A DNA stretch of 32,000 nt from Promethearchaeota archaeon (GCA_048938295.1 JBHLMI010000021.1:14864-46863), one strand, 5' to 3'. Shown: positions 1 to 8,825, counted from the first letter of the stretch. Translations and numbers: made by a program. The notes: generated by a model from the letters alone, not told the origin.

Positions 1-1
1 T

Positions 2-454
2 GATGTTTGGGCCTACGATTACGATACCAATACCTGGACGGAACGCACCTCATTCCCCACAATTATCGCCTCACACAGTCTAGCGTATGATAGTGCGATG
101 GATCGCGTCATCCTTTATGGTGGCGCACGGAACTTTGGGGAAACCGATCTTCGTGATGAAACTTGGACTTATGACTACAACACTGACACGTGGGAGCTGC
201 TCATAACTGATCCTCATCCCCCAGAGGCTTGTCGTGGGTACATGACTTATGATGCAGGAGCTGAGCGCACCATCCTCTTCGGCTTTCGTGGACCGCAGCC
301 AGATCCAGTCCTTTATGAGGAAACCTGGGCCTTACACTACTTAGATATCACAATACCGCCACCACCATTTCCTGGTTTCCCCACCGCTGCAATTGTCTTG
401 GGCATCGCCCTTACCCTTGGAATTGTAATCTTAATTCGACGTAAGCGAAACTAG
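2..454 (+). CDS. Kelch/beta-propeller repeat surface protein, 3' part (5'-truncated by window), with PGF-CTERM-like membrane anchor
   Basis: Frame is open from base 2 (DVWAYDYDTNTWTE...). Two Kelch-like units (W-x-YDYxTxTW). The C-terminus PPPPFPGFPTAAIVLGIALTLGIVILIRRKRN is Pro-rich linker + PGF + TM helix + basic tail. Confidence 0.8.
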   Translation, partial: DVWAYDYDTNTWTERTSFPTIIASHSLAYDSAMDRVILYGGARNFGETDLRDETWTYDYNTDTWELLITDPHPPEACRGYMTYDAGAERTILFGFRGPQPDPVLYEETWALHYLDITIPPPPFPGFPTAAIVLGIALTLGIVILIRRKRN

Positions 455-481
455 CAGAATGTCAGAACTAAATGAACTTTA

Positions 482-513
482 AGGAGGCGATAACGCCTCC
501 TGTCTTTTTCTTT
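482..513 (+). terminator. GC-rich hairpin followed by T-rich tract between convergent genes
   Basis: AGGAGGCG(482-489)-ATAA-CGCCTCCT(494-501) is a perfect 8-bp stem, followed by GTCTTTTTCTTTT. Confidence 0.6.
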
Positions 514-562
514 TGCACTGTCTTATTTGGCTTCAAGAAGAGAACCCATCATGCAAAGCCGT

Positions 563-2029
563 CTATGCTTCGCGAATTTGTGCAAGACGTTTTGCGAGTG
601 CCTTTTTATCCTCAAGGTTTGCCAATCGGCCAATCATAATACGTTGGGCTTGTGGAGAACCAGCACCATGCATGGACTCGGTAAGATACCCAACTGCTGC
701 TCGGCCCAATGTTAGGTTCTCAATTAATCTGAGTATTTTGATGCGATTAATTGTGCTGACATTTTCAACCCCGGTGAGATATTTTTCGATGATTTTCTTG
801 GTTTCAGGGTTTTCCAATTCTTTTGCGCTGGGAAGAGTGACAAATAAGCCTCCGGCGATGTCTTGGAGGAGACGGGCGATTTCGAAGGGGAATCGGGTGA
901 CATTCTGTTTGCATACATTCGCTAATAGAATATCTACGAGGTAGTTTCCGGCGTTGGTTGCATGACCGCAACTGGAGCAAGCCATTCCGCAGGCATACAG
1001 GGTTTCGTTGAGGTGCACCATTTCGGTGAGCTTGTCTTTGATGTGGGAAGCGTTCTCCACGCCATTATATTCGGCAATAGTTGCGGCGGCGCCAATTAAC
1101 ACGTCGCCGACCCCTACTTTGCAGCCCCCATAGCTTTGTCGATGGTAGGCCGCAAAGCTTTCCACCAAACGCCCGCAGAATTCGGATTCTCCATTCATGA
1201 AAATGCGGTCATTGGGCACAAAGACATCGTCAAAGATAACTAAGCATTCTTGTCCCCCGAACTCAGGGTTCCCACAATCAATATCACCTTCAGCGCTCTG
1301 GTCCAATCGTCGAAGATCACTGGATTGGCGTCCGTAAAAGTAAGTGATACCCTTTGCGTCAGCAGGGACAGCACAACAAATGGTGAACGCTGCTTCTTCA
1401 TTGCGCATGGCGAGGGTGGGCATAATGAGGTGTTCATGGGAGTTTACGGCCCCAGTTTGGTGAGCCTTTGCTCCACGAATGACCACTCCATCATCGCGGC
1501 GATCCACCACATGAACGTAGACATCGGGGTCCTTTTGTTCGGAGGGACGTTTGCTGCGATCACCTTTAGGGTCCGTCATGCAGCCATCAATAACCCAGTC
1601 GTGAGCCTCAGTTTGCTTCATGTAATCTGTGAAGCGCTGGTGATACGTGGTTCCGTGTTTCTGGTCAATATCATAGGTTGTCAAGTAAACAGCATTCATA
1701 GCATCCATGCCCACGCAGCGTTGGAAACATGTACCGCATCGTTGGCCCAGCAGACGGAGCATTTGCACTTTCTTTTCCAAATCCGTAGTGTTTTGGTGTA
1801 AATGGCAGAACCGGTTAATCTGTTTGCTCGTCAACGCCGAGGTCGCCGTCATGATATCTCGCGTCTGCGGGTCATGGGCTAAGTCATAGGTGAGGGCTAC
1901 TGAGTTAATGGAGGCTCGCACGATGGGGTGAGTTAGGGGGTCTTGGAGTTGCTCCCCAGTGAAATAGACTGTCATCGGACCTCGTTTTTTCAAGCTTTGC
2001 CGATACTCGTCACCAGTCATAAGAACCAT
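563..2029 (-). CDS. abfD: 4-hydroxybutyryl-CoA dehydratase / vinylacetyl-CoA delta-isomerase (FAD, [4Fe-4S])
   Basis: 488 aa, HpaB-fold family. It carries the AbfD cluster ligands CFQRC and HRQSYGGC plus MTDPKGDRS and HGAGSPQAQ motifs. Confidence 0.9.
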   Translation of the reverse strand: MVLMTGDEYRQSLKKRGPMTVYFTGEQLQDPLTHPIVRASINSVALTYDLAHDPQTRDIMTATSALTSKQINRFCHLHQNTTDLEKKVQMLRLLGQRCGTCFQRCVGMDAMNAVYLTTYDIDQKHGTTYHQRFTDYMKQTEAHDWVIDGCMTDPKGDRSKRPSEQKDPDVYVHVVDRRDDGVVIRGAKAHQTGAVNSHEHLIMPTLAMRNEEAAFTICCAVPADAKGITYFYGRQSSDLRRLDQSAEGDIDCGNPEFGGQECLVIFDDVFVPNDRIFMNGESEFCGRLVESFAAYHRQSYGGCKVGVGDVLIGAAATIAEYNGVENASHIKDKLTEMVHLNETLYACGMACSSCGHATNAGNYLVDILLANVCKQNVTRFPFEIARLLQDIAGGLFVTLPSAKELENPETKKIIEKYLTGVENVSTINRIKILRLIENLTLGRAAVGYLTESMHGAGSPQAQRIMIGRLANLEDKKALAKRLAQIREA

Positions 2030-2122
2030 ATACTATCACCTAGGGATGAGAATTGATAATGCTACCTTAGCGGATAGTCTACTTTTGCATTTCGAATTTC
2101 ATTGAATGACACTTGGTTGCCG

Positions 2123-2872
2123 CTATTTGGTTCGACGTGGTCTTCCGATCGGACAAGCGTCAATACAAATCGTGCATTCGACGTAGCTATTTGGTGTTGG
2201 TCGTTGAGTGAGTTTCTTTTCGACTTGCCGGACCTCATCGGGAACGTCTTGTGCGACTGGCTGTTCGGCTGCGTAGGTCAGGCAGCGTGTGATTGTAATT
2301 TTGTAGGGTTCCAAGGCTTTTGTGGGGCATGCTTTGATGCATTTTTCACAATCGCCGCACAGGTCATCAGTGAATGGTTCATCGGTGTCCAGTTCGGCGT
2401 TGGTGAGAACGGCGATTAATCGGATTCGCGGTCCATAGTCGGGAGTAATCAGGAGGGTGTTTTTCCCTTGGCTGCCTAGCCCGCATCGCACGGCAGAGGT
2501 TTTGAGAGGAATAGACAGCGAAAGGCATGCTTCATACCCTTGCTTGATCAGGTAGTCGACCAGTGCCCAGGCCTTGTTCTTCAGGATTTCGTAATACAGT
2601 TGGTAGCGTTCCGCGGGCACTTCCGGTGTTTGCTTTTCACGATCAAGAAGATAGGCTGAATCGACTGCGATATTGAGGGATTTATCCCAGGCATAGTAGC
2701 CCAGCAACATGACTGATTTCACGGTGGGTAGCACTTCTTCCGGGATTAGCAGGTTCTGAACCGTATGGACCCATCCGTGTGGTAAACCGCGAAGCGTCTC
2801 CGGTGTGGCAATACCCATCGTAACAAAACCTGCATCCGTTGCAAGTGTCTTAAGAGCAGAAGTCAGAGTCAT
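2123..2872 (-). CDS. Epoxyqueuosine reductase (QueG)-like cobalamin/2x[4Fe-4S] protein, paralog 1
   Basis: GLGSQGKNTLLITPDYGPRIRL, CGDCEKCIKACP and CTICIDACP motifs. Start moved to ATG 2872 (MTLTS), which follows a GGGTGG SD-like site. Confidence 0.75.
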   Translation of the reverse strand: MTLTSALKTLATDAGFVTMGIATPETLRGLPHGWVHTVQNLLIPEEVLPTVKSVMLLGYYAWDKSLNIAVDSAYLLDREKQTPEVPAERYQLYYEILKNKAWALVDYLIKQGYEACLSLSIPLKTSAVRCGLGSQGKNTLLITPDYGPRIRLIAVLTNAELDTDEPFTDDLCGDCEKCIKACPTKALEPYKITITRCLTYAAEQPVAQDVPDEVRQVEKKLTQRPTPNSYVECTICIDACPIGRPRRTK

Positions 2873-3054
2873 TTTACAGAATCCACCCAAATACTGCATT
2901 GTAAGCTAATGTGTGATTTCAGTTAAATGATTTCTACAAACTAGCGGAGTGTTTTGATCGTGAAGGTAGCTTGACGGGTTTAATCCTGTCAGACACTTTT
3001 TTGTCCGATAAATTTGTAAGGCGGTTTTTTCTATAGAAGTAACGAGGTGAAATT

Positions 3055-3237
3055 ATGTCAAAGGAAATCAAATGCCCGAAATGTGGTGAAAAAAAGAAAC
3101 TAAGGCTGATGTTGTTGGATACGCCTGCGAATCGGAAGAGAGAGGAGGAGGATCCGGATGGTATTCTGTTGGTGGCATCGAAGGCGTTTGACGGCAAGTT
3201 GGAATGCCTGAAGTGTGGGCATTTCTGGGATGCCTAA
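3055..3237 (+). CDS. Small Zn-ribbon protein (CPKC...CLKC), 60 aa
   Basis: Two CxxC pairs; SD GAGGTGA directly upstream of the ATG. Confidence 0.75.
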   Translation: MSKEIKCPKCGEKKKLRLMLLDTPANRKREEEDPDGILLVASKAFDGKLECLKCGHFWDA

Positions 3238-3399
3238 TTAGGTGTAGGCTTGAATCTGTGGCAGCTTGCTCAGAACCATGAGAAACGTATGGTTGATATT
3301 AGCCTAGAAACCCGAGGCCTTCATAAGTACTCCTTTCTGGTGGGTGCGTGGACCTTTTCCTCTTTTATGTCCAATGTTAGGGGAACTGGTGGAAGTCTA

Positions 3400-3933
3400 A
3401 TGGATCCGTGGCTGATAATTGGGTATATCGTTATTATCATTCTCCTCTTCATCATTGCTGTAATCACCTCAGCTCTTTGGCCAACAGTAATTGGGGCAGT
3501 GTGGATACCGACTCCACGAGAAACTGCGCGAAAGATGTTGGAGTTAGCCAAGGTAACCCCTGAAGATACCGTCGTTGATTTGGGATCAGGAGATGGACGG
3601 ATCATTGTCATGGCTGCAGAAGAGTTCGGTGCTACAGCCTTGGGTATTGAAGCCGATCCGTTGCGTGTGTTGTGGTCACGGAGTATCATTTGGCGCCATG
3701 GTCTGAGAGATAGGGTGAAGGTGGTGTGGGGGAATTTCTATTCACAAAGTATCGCTGCGGCTACTGTGGTGACGGTGTTTCAGGGTCAGGCGATTAATAA
3801 AAATCTGCAGTCCAAATTGTCAATTGAGCTGAAACCCGGCACACGTGTGGTCTCCTATTCCTTCTCCTTCGAAGATTGGGACCCGGTGGAGACGCAGAAA
3901 AAACCCAATCTCTACCTTTATGTAATCGGATAG
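3400..3933 (+). CDS. Class I SAM-dependent methyltransferase with N-terminal TM helix (FAM173/archaeal protein-lysine MTase-like)
   Basis: WIPTP pre-motif, VDLGSGDGR motif I and KPGTRVVSYSF. Probable start is ATG 3400 (MDPWL), not TTG 3250. Confidence 0.8.
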   Translation: MDPWLIIGYIVIIILLFIIAVITSALWPTVIGAVWIPTPRETARKMLELAKVTPEDTVVDLGSGDGRIIVMAAEEFGATALGIEADPLRVLWSRSIIWRHGLRDRVKVVWGNFYSQSIAAATVVTVFQGQAINKNLQSKLSIELKPGTRVVSYSFSFEDWDPVETQKKPNLYLYVIG

Positions 3934-4014
3934 AGTGTCCTTTTCTCGCCTTAAATAGGCTCACCCGGAAACTTCCTGTATTGGATCGCTAAGAAGCAGC
4001 GAGGTATGACTGGG

Positions 4015-4212
4015 TTAAACTTTGTGAACTTTGGCGGCTTTAGGACGGCCGTTGCCTTCTTTGAGTTCGAAGGTGACTTGATCTCCGGTATTGAGAGAGG
4101 TGCCTTCTTCGATATCGTCGCCATGGACGAAGACATCGGCATCACCATTTTCGCGTTCAATAAACCCATAGTTGCTCTCTGGATTAAACCATTTGATTTT
4201 ACCGTTTTCCAT
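4015..4212 (-). CDS. cspA: Cold-shock domain protein
   Basis: GKIKWFN, YGFI (RNP1), DVFVH (RNP2), GDQVTFE and GRPKAAKV; 65 aa from ATG 4212. Confidence 0.9.
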   Translation of the reverse strand: MENGKIKWFNPESNYGFIERENGDADVFVHGDDIEEGTSLNTGDQVTFELKEGNGRPKAAKVHKV

Positions 4213-4395
4213 TGAAATCATCTTGATTGTTTGGATTGGGTGTAGCATGATATCTCATGAGCTAGTTTTCACGAAAAATCGAAACTAGTTCTATTTGATA
4301 TTGCGGAAACGCCAGGGATTTCGCTTAAAGTTCTTTCGAATGTGTACCATCATCAAGAAAATGGTTTGAATTCCGAATATTAGACTCAACAACCA

Positions 4396-4881
4396 CTAAA
4401 GCTTGTTGAGCAGTGGACGAAGCTTTGTGAATTGGGGATCAGTTTGAATAGTTGATAGAAGCTCCCCTGATAGTGAGTGATCGATTGCAGCTTTGAGTTG
4501 TTTAATCGCCTTCTCAGTTTGTCCGAGCTCAATGAGTGTTAGGGCGTGGTGGAGATAGATGGTGGGAGAAGCGTCGTTGAGCTTGGCGGCCTTGGCATAA
4601 CATTCTTCGGCTTGTTTCCACTGACCGAGGATAATATGGAGGTAGCCAAGGTTATTCCAATGTTGAGGATTTTCGGGATCGAGTCGGGCACTCCGTTGAG
4701 CCGTTAAAAGGGCATGTTGGGGCTGTTGATATTGTTGGTAAATAGTGGTGAGAAAGGTGAGGAGTTCGAGGTTGTTTCGGTCTTCTTCAAGGAGTTTTAA
4801 AAGTTGTTGTTTCGCCCTTTCTGGATTACCACCTGCGAGGGCGGCGATTGACCGCTGGAATAGGTCATTCTCGGCTCCCAA
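4396..4881 (-). CDS. Tetratricopeptide repeat protein
   Basis: TPR consensus segments, e.g. DPENPQHWNNLGYLHIILGQWKQAEECYAKA. Confidence 0.85.
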   Translation of the reverse strand: MGAENDLFQRSIAALAGGNPERAKQQLLKLLEEDRNNLELLTFLTTIYQQYQQPQHALLTAQRSARLDPENPQHWNNLGYLHIILGQWKQAEECYAKAAKLNDASPTIYLHHALTLIELGQTEKAIKQLKAAIDHSLSGELLSTIQTDPQFTKLRPLLNKL

Positions 4882-5090
4882 GCCATCACCTGACCCATAT
4901 TATAAGAGGGTGATGAATTTTAAGGACTATTTGTTTCTACGATTCACCGAAGCATTCTTGGTGAAATCGCAATAAGCGGAGAATTGAATCGGCTTATTCT
5001 GAAGCTGCTCATCGAATCAAAAAGTCTAAGGCATTAATACCCCTGTATTTCTAAGGTGTACTTTTCTATCTCTACTAGAGTTGATTCAAA

Positions 5091-5942
5091 ATGGTACTGC
5101 GAAACATTGCTCAAGATGATCCAGAGATTGAGCAGTTCAAAGAACAAATTAAGCACTACACGGAACAAGTCGAGGCCCTTGGTTTCGGTTACCAGTTGTA
5201 TCTGAACGACGACCAGATTGTGGCGTTGGCGGTAATTGGCAAAGAACCGATGCAACTATTCAAACCCGTTGGCACACCCCTGATTCGACTGTATGTAATT
5301 AATTACGACCAACCGATCAACATCCTTACTGCGCTAGCAGATGATCTATTATTGCTAGCGAAGAAGCGCTCCGTGGACTTTGCTTACCTGGATATCCCAG
5401 CTAGCCGCAAAGAGTTGGCCTCATACTTCCGAAAGATTGGGTTTGAGGAACTTGCTAATCGGTTTGAAATGACGCTACCACTCAATGATTCCATAGAGGT
5501 TACGAATCTGCTCCGATATGAACAGATCAAACGGAAGGATGTGGACCAGTTTTTCGATTGCATGAAGGAATTCATGCGTGGATCGCCGGATGCCGTGCTG
5601 AATTTAGTTTTGGAGAATTTCAAGAACGTCCCAGAGGTTTTGCTAGATTATTGGTATGAAAGCGAGAAGGCGTATTTCGTTTACTGTGACGATGAGTTAA
5701 TTGGAATTTTAGATTTGGCGCCAGAACAGAGTTATATCCAGAATATTGGAGTGGCTCCGGCTTATCGTGGCAAGGGATACGGTACGGAGATGCTCCGGTT
5801 TTGCTTGAAACTGTTTAAGGACGGAGGCGGCGAAACTGCAAGTCTTGGAGTACATGTGGATAACAAGCAAGCCATCCACGTCTATGAGAAATTAGGCTTT
5901 ACGATTGCGAAGCAGACGCAGACCCTTGTATGGTGGAAATAA
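5091..5942 (+). CDS. GNAT family N-acetyltransferase (two-domain)
   Basis: C-terminal acetyl-CoA motif IGVAPAYRGKGYG and NKQAIHVYEKLGF. Confidence 0.85.
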   Translation: MVLRNIAQDDPEIEQFKEQIKHYTEQVEALGFGYQLYLNDDQIVALAVIGKEPMQLFKPVGTPLIRLYVINYDQPINILTALADDLLLLAKKRSVDFAYLDIPASRKELASYFRKIGFEELANRFEMTLPLNDSIEVTNLLRYEQIKRKDVDQFFDCMKEFMRGSPDAVLNLVLENFKNVPEVLLDYWYESEKAYFVYCDDELIGILDLAPEQSYIQNIGVAPAYRGKGYGTEMLRFCLKLFKDGGGETASLGVHVDNKQAIHVYEKLGFTIAKQTQTLVWWK

Positions 5943-6118
5943 CTCGAGTATGTTAATCTCTAAGGAGATCTTCGTAGGGTTACCTTCAAGCGGTTTCCTG
6001 CTGATAAACGTGTGAGTACCGTGTAATTGCACTGTCACTTTCCTGCCTGTCTCTGTCTATTTTTAACTCGGCTTGGATTTTCTAATGTGAAACGACTAGC
6101 TCTTAGTAGGCCTATTGT

Positions 6119-7219
6119 ATGTCGCGATGGCTGTTTCATGTTGATATGGATGCCTTCTTTGCCTCGGTGGAACAGTATCGACTGCATCCCGAGTTCATCG
6201 GAGAGCCGTTGTGCGTTGGTCCTGACCCGAAGAAAGGGCAACGACGGGGTGTTGTTCGGGTCGCCTCCTATGAGGCTCGCGCGTACGGAATTCATGCGGG
6301 AATGCCGGTGACAAAAGCCTATAGCCTGTGCCCTGACGCTGTGTTTGTATTCGGAGCGTTTTCAAATTATGTAGAAGCTTCTGATGAAGTCATGGAGGTG
6401 CTCCAAGACTTTGCTGATGAGCGACGCATCCGGAAGGCTAGTATTGATGAAGCGTACCTTGAGGTTACAGAACGGGTAAAACAGTACAATAGTCCTAAGG
6501 AGTTGGCATTGGAAGTTCAACGTGCAATCAAAGAAGAAACCAAGCTGCCTTGTTCGATTGGTATTGCACCGAATATGGCGGTGGCGAAGATTGCGACGGA
6601 GCAGAACAAACCGCTAGGCATTACTCTTGTTCCGCAAGATCCGGTATCGGTAGCCAAATTCTTAGCGCCATTGAATGTCACAGCGATTAATGGCATCGGA
6701 CGTGTGACCGGGAACCATCTGAAAAAGCATGGCATTACCACATTAGGTCAAATCCAGCAGATGTCTCTACAGGAGCTATTACCGGTATTCGGAAAGGGAG
6801 CCAAGTGGTTATCGGACCGCGCGTGGGGTATTGATAACCGAGGAATTGTGCGTACCGGTCCTTGGCGACGGAGATCCATGGGCAATGAACGGACTTTTCC
6901 GAAGGATGTGGACTCCAAATCCATGAACGTGGCATTGGAAACTCTTGAAGGATTGTCTTCACACATTTGCCAGCGACTCCAGTTGAAGTCTTATCATTTC
7001 CGAACTGTGACGGTGAAAATCCGGTATCGGGACTTTACCACGATGCAACGGAGTCGAACATTACCAGTTAGCACGAATGATGGGAACACCTTATCGAAGA
7101 CTGTGACCTCGTTGTTTGAGGAGCATCGGAAACCGGATACACCGTTACGATTGGTGGGTGTCCGTGTTACCAATCTTACACGAATGACTGGTCAAGCCAG
7201 CCTATCCGATTATGTCTAA
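6119..7219 (+). CDS. dinB: Y-family DNA polymerase IV
   Basis: HVDMDAFFASVE, ASYEARAYGI, SIDEAYL, SIGIAPNMAVAKIA and the little-finger domain. The C-terminal QASLSDYV resembles a PIP box. Confidence 0.95.
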   Translation: MSRWLFHVDMDAFFASVEQYRLHPEFIGEPLCVGPDPKKGQRRGVVRVASYEARAYGIHAGMPVTKAYSLCPDAVFVFGAFSNYVEASDEVMEVLQDFADERRIRKASIDEAYLEVTERVKQYNSPKELALEVQRAIKEETKLPCSIGIAPNMAVAKIATEQNKPLGITLVPQDPVSVAKFLAPLNVTAINGIGRVTGNHLKKHGITTLGQIQQMSLQELLPVFGKGAKWLSDRAWGIDNRGIVRTGPWRRRSMGNERTFPKDVDSKSMNVALETLEGLSSHICQRLQLKSYHFRTVTVKIRYRDFTTMQRSRTLPVSTNDGNTLSKTVTSLFEEHRKPDTPLRLVGVRVTNLTRMTGQASLSDYV

Positions 7220-7227
7220 GTGATGGG

Positions 7228-7560
7228 ATGCAAACATTCATTCAGGACTCCAGACCTAGGATACCCCTGGTGGTTGACGTGTACTTCAAGGGTCTGTCCA
7301 CGATGTTAGATGAACCTGGTGACTCCTATCCCCGGCGATCTGAGTTGAAAATCATTCGGGGAAAAACTCTTACGAAAACTCCGAGCTGGCATAAGGCCAT
7401 CGTGTTAGTTGAACTAGCGAAAGGGCGTCAGCTACGGTTAGTGGGATGGCAGTTGAATAAAGATGGCGAGTGGCGAATGCGCCAGAAATTCAATATCTCC
7501 AAGGGGTATGCGTTGAACATTGCAGAAATCTGTGAAGCCTTTGCGAATGAATGGGAATAG
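7228..7560 (+). CDS. Hypothetical protein, possible PC4-like ssDNA-binding fold
   Basis: Lies 8 bp after dinB with an SD-like GTGATGG. Its beta-strand-then-helix pattern QLRLVGWQLNKDGEWRMRQKFNISKGYALNIAEIC resembles PC4 (inference). The true start may be downstream. Confidence 0.55.
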   Translation: MQTFIQDSRPRIPLVVDVYFKGLSTMLDEPGDSYPRRSELKIIRGKTLTKTPSWHKAIVLVELAKGRQLRLVGWQLNKDGEWRMRQKFNISKGYALNIAEICEAFANEWE

Positions 7561-7577
7561 CATGGAAGGTGAAACTG

Positions 7578-8060
7578 GTGGCGAAGATCTTGGTTGTGTA
7601 TGATTCAGAAACAGGAAATACGGAAAAGATGGCGAAAGCCGTAGAAAAAGGAGTCTTAGAAGTTGAAGGAATAACGGTTGAGTTGAAACGGGCAAGGGAC
7701 ACAACAAACGACGATTTGCTTGCCGCGGATGGCATTATTGCTGGCTCCCCGGTCTACTATGGGCTCATGTCGGCTTCGTTGAAACAGGTCTTTGATGCCT
7801 CCGTGAAGATTCATGGCAAACTTGATGGAAAAGTGGGTGGTGCTTTTGCGTCAAGTGGTGGGATTGCTACGGGCGCTGAAACAACCATATTGTCCATTGT
7901 GGAAGCGATGTTAGTACATGGGATGATCGTTCAGGGGAATGCTAGAGGTGCCATGCAACACTATGGAGCAGCAGCCAAAGGTGCTCCCGATGAGAAGGAG
8001 CAAATGGCCTGTCAACATCTTGGGACCCGTGTGGCACGCCTTTTAATGCGGCTAAAGTAG
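7578..8060 (+). CDS. Flavodoxin-like NAD(P)H:quinone oxidoreductase (WrbA family)
   Basis: YDSETGNTEKMA FMN loop, GSPVYYG and GGAFASSG...GAET. Start GTG 7578 follows an AGGTGA SD. Confidence 0.85.
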   Translation: MAKILVVYDSETGNTEKMAKAVEKGVLEVEGITVELKRARDTTNDDLLAADGIIAGSPVYYGLMSASLKQVFDASVKIHGKLDGKVGGAFASSGGIATGAETTILSIVEAMLVHGMIVQGNARGAMQHYGAAAKGAPDEKEQMACQHLGTRVARLLMRLK

Positions 8061-8072
8061 AGGAGCTAGGTA

Positions 8073-8560
8073 TTACGAAGCTGTATGAGATAGCGTATAG
8101 CTTCGCCGACGAATTAGGGCTAGCCCAATTACTCCTAGCAGCCCGATGGCAATGGCTGCTAGCGGAAAGCCCAGAATAGCAGGTGGTGGTTGGGTTTGTA
8201 ATCCGCCACAGAGGAGACGGTAATTTGACGTCTGATTTGACCCGAGATACTACAGATTGCTATAACTTGGAGGATGTCATCGTCTTCCGCATATATGTTG
8301 AATGTGTCCGTCATCGACGAGGTCGAAGCTTGACTTGTATAGGTGTGGTTCATGGCAAAGACACCATTTTTGTTAATGATGATTTCCTCAATATAGGGGG
8401 TGTCTGCCACTGAATGAAATATAGTAACTGTAAGAATTTAGTTGTCGTAGTCATAACTGAGCGTCATATTTGAAGAGGCATGAGCTGGAACTGGAGTGAT
8501 GCAAAATAAGAATAAGGTAATGGTGCAAAGAATACCTAACAGGAGAAGCGATTTTCTTAT
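8073..8560 (-). pseudogene. Disrupted secreted, C-terminally anchored small surface protein
   Basis: One frame reads IRKSLLLLGILCTITLFLFCITPVPAHASSNMTLSYDYDN*ILTVTIFHSVADTPYIEEII..., with ATA at 8558-8560 and TAA at 8438-8440. A second frame gives GLQTQPPPAILGFPLAAIAIGLLGVIGLALIRRRS...* (stop 8073-8075), implying a frameshift near 8200-8215. Confidence 0.75.
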
Positions 8561-8625
8561 TGAGTAATTGCTTCCAATAAGACTTGATTATTCTTGACTT
8601 CTCCTGTTAAGAACCTTGAGGTTAC

Positions 8626-8737
8626 CGATAGCAGTAATTTACTATTATCGTTTGATTCTGTGATTTATCTAAATCAATCACAGAATATGGGTGTAACCCT
8701 ACACCCTCTATCCCGTCTACCGATGAGGCTTTCGGGA
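8626..8737. repeat. Array of four adjacent inverted repeats in an intergenic region
   Basis: 8626-8650 is imperfect. ATTCTGTGATT(8655-65)/AATCACAGAAT(8676-86) is a perfect 11 bp. GGGTGTA(8689-95)/TACACCC(8700-06) is a perfect 7 bp. TCCCG(8711-15)/CGGGA(8733-37) is a 5-bp pair. Confidence 0.7.
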
Positions 8738-8825
8738 CTGCTTCCATCAATTGGGTTTCAAAAATAAGTATATAAAGTCACTATTTTTTTGTCTTACTAG
8801 TGAAATGTCTTGATGGAGGGTTACT

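Noticed and set aside
563-2029. 4-hydroxyphenylacetate 3-monooxygenase (HpaB) assignment
   Set aside because: The fold is shared, but the Cys/His [4Fe-4S] ligands are diagnostic of AbfD.
2123-2872. Respiratory reductive dehalogenase (RdhA)
   Set aside because: Too short, with no TAT signal and no adjacent RdhB-like anchor. Kept only as QueG-like.
8438-8440. TAA readthrough or an alternative genetic code
   Set aside because: Many intact genes in the window end in TAA, and the same gene has other lesions, so decay is the simpler explanation.
8719-8760. Fluoride riboswitch or hammerhead-like motif (CCGATGAGGC...ACTGC)
   Set aside because: The 5' part resembles the crcB motif, but the 3' pseudoknot strand (GCTGATG-CCTC-TAC-like) is absent. 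The hammerhead CUGAUGA and GAAA boxes are not intact.
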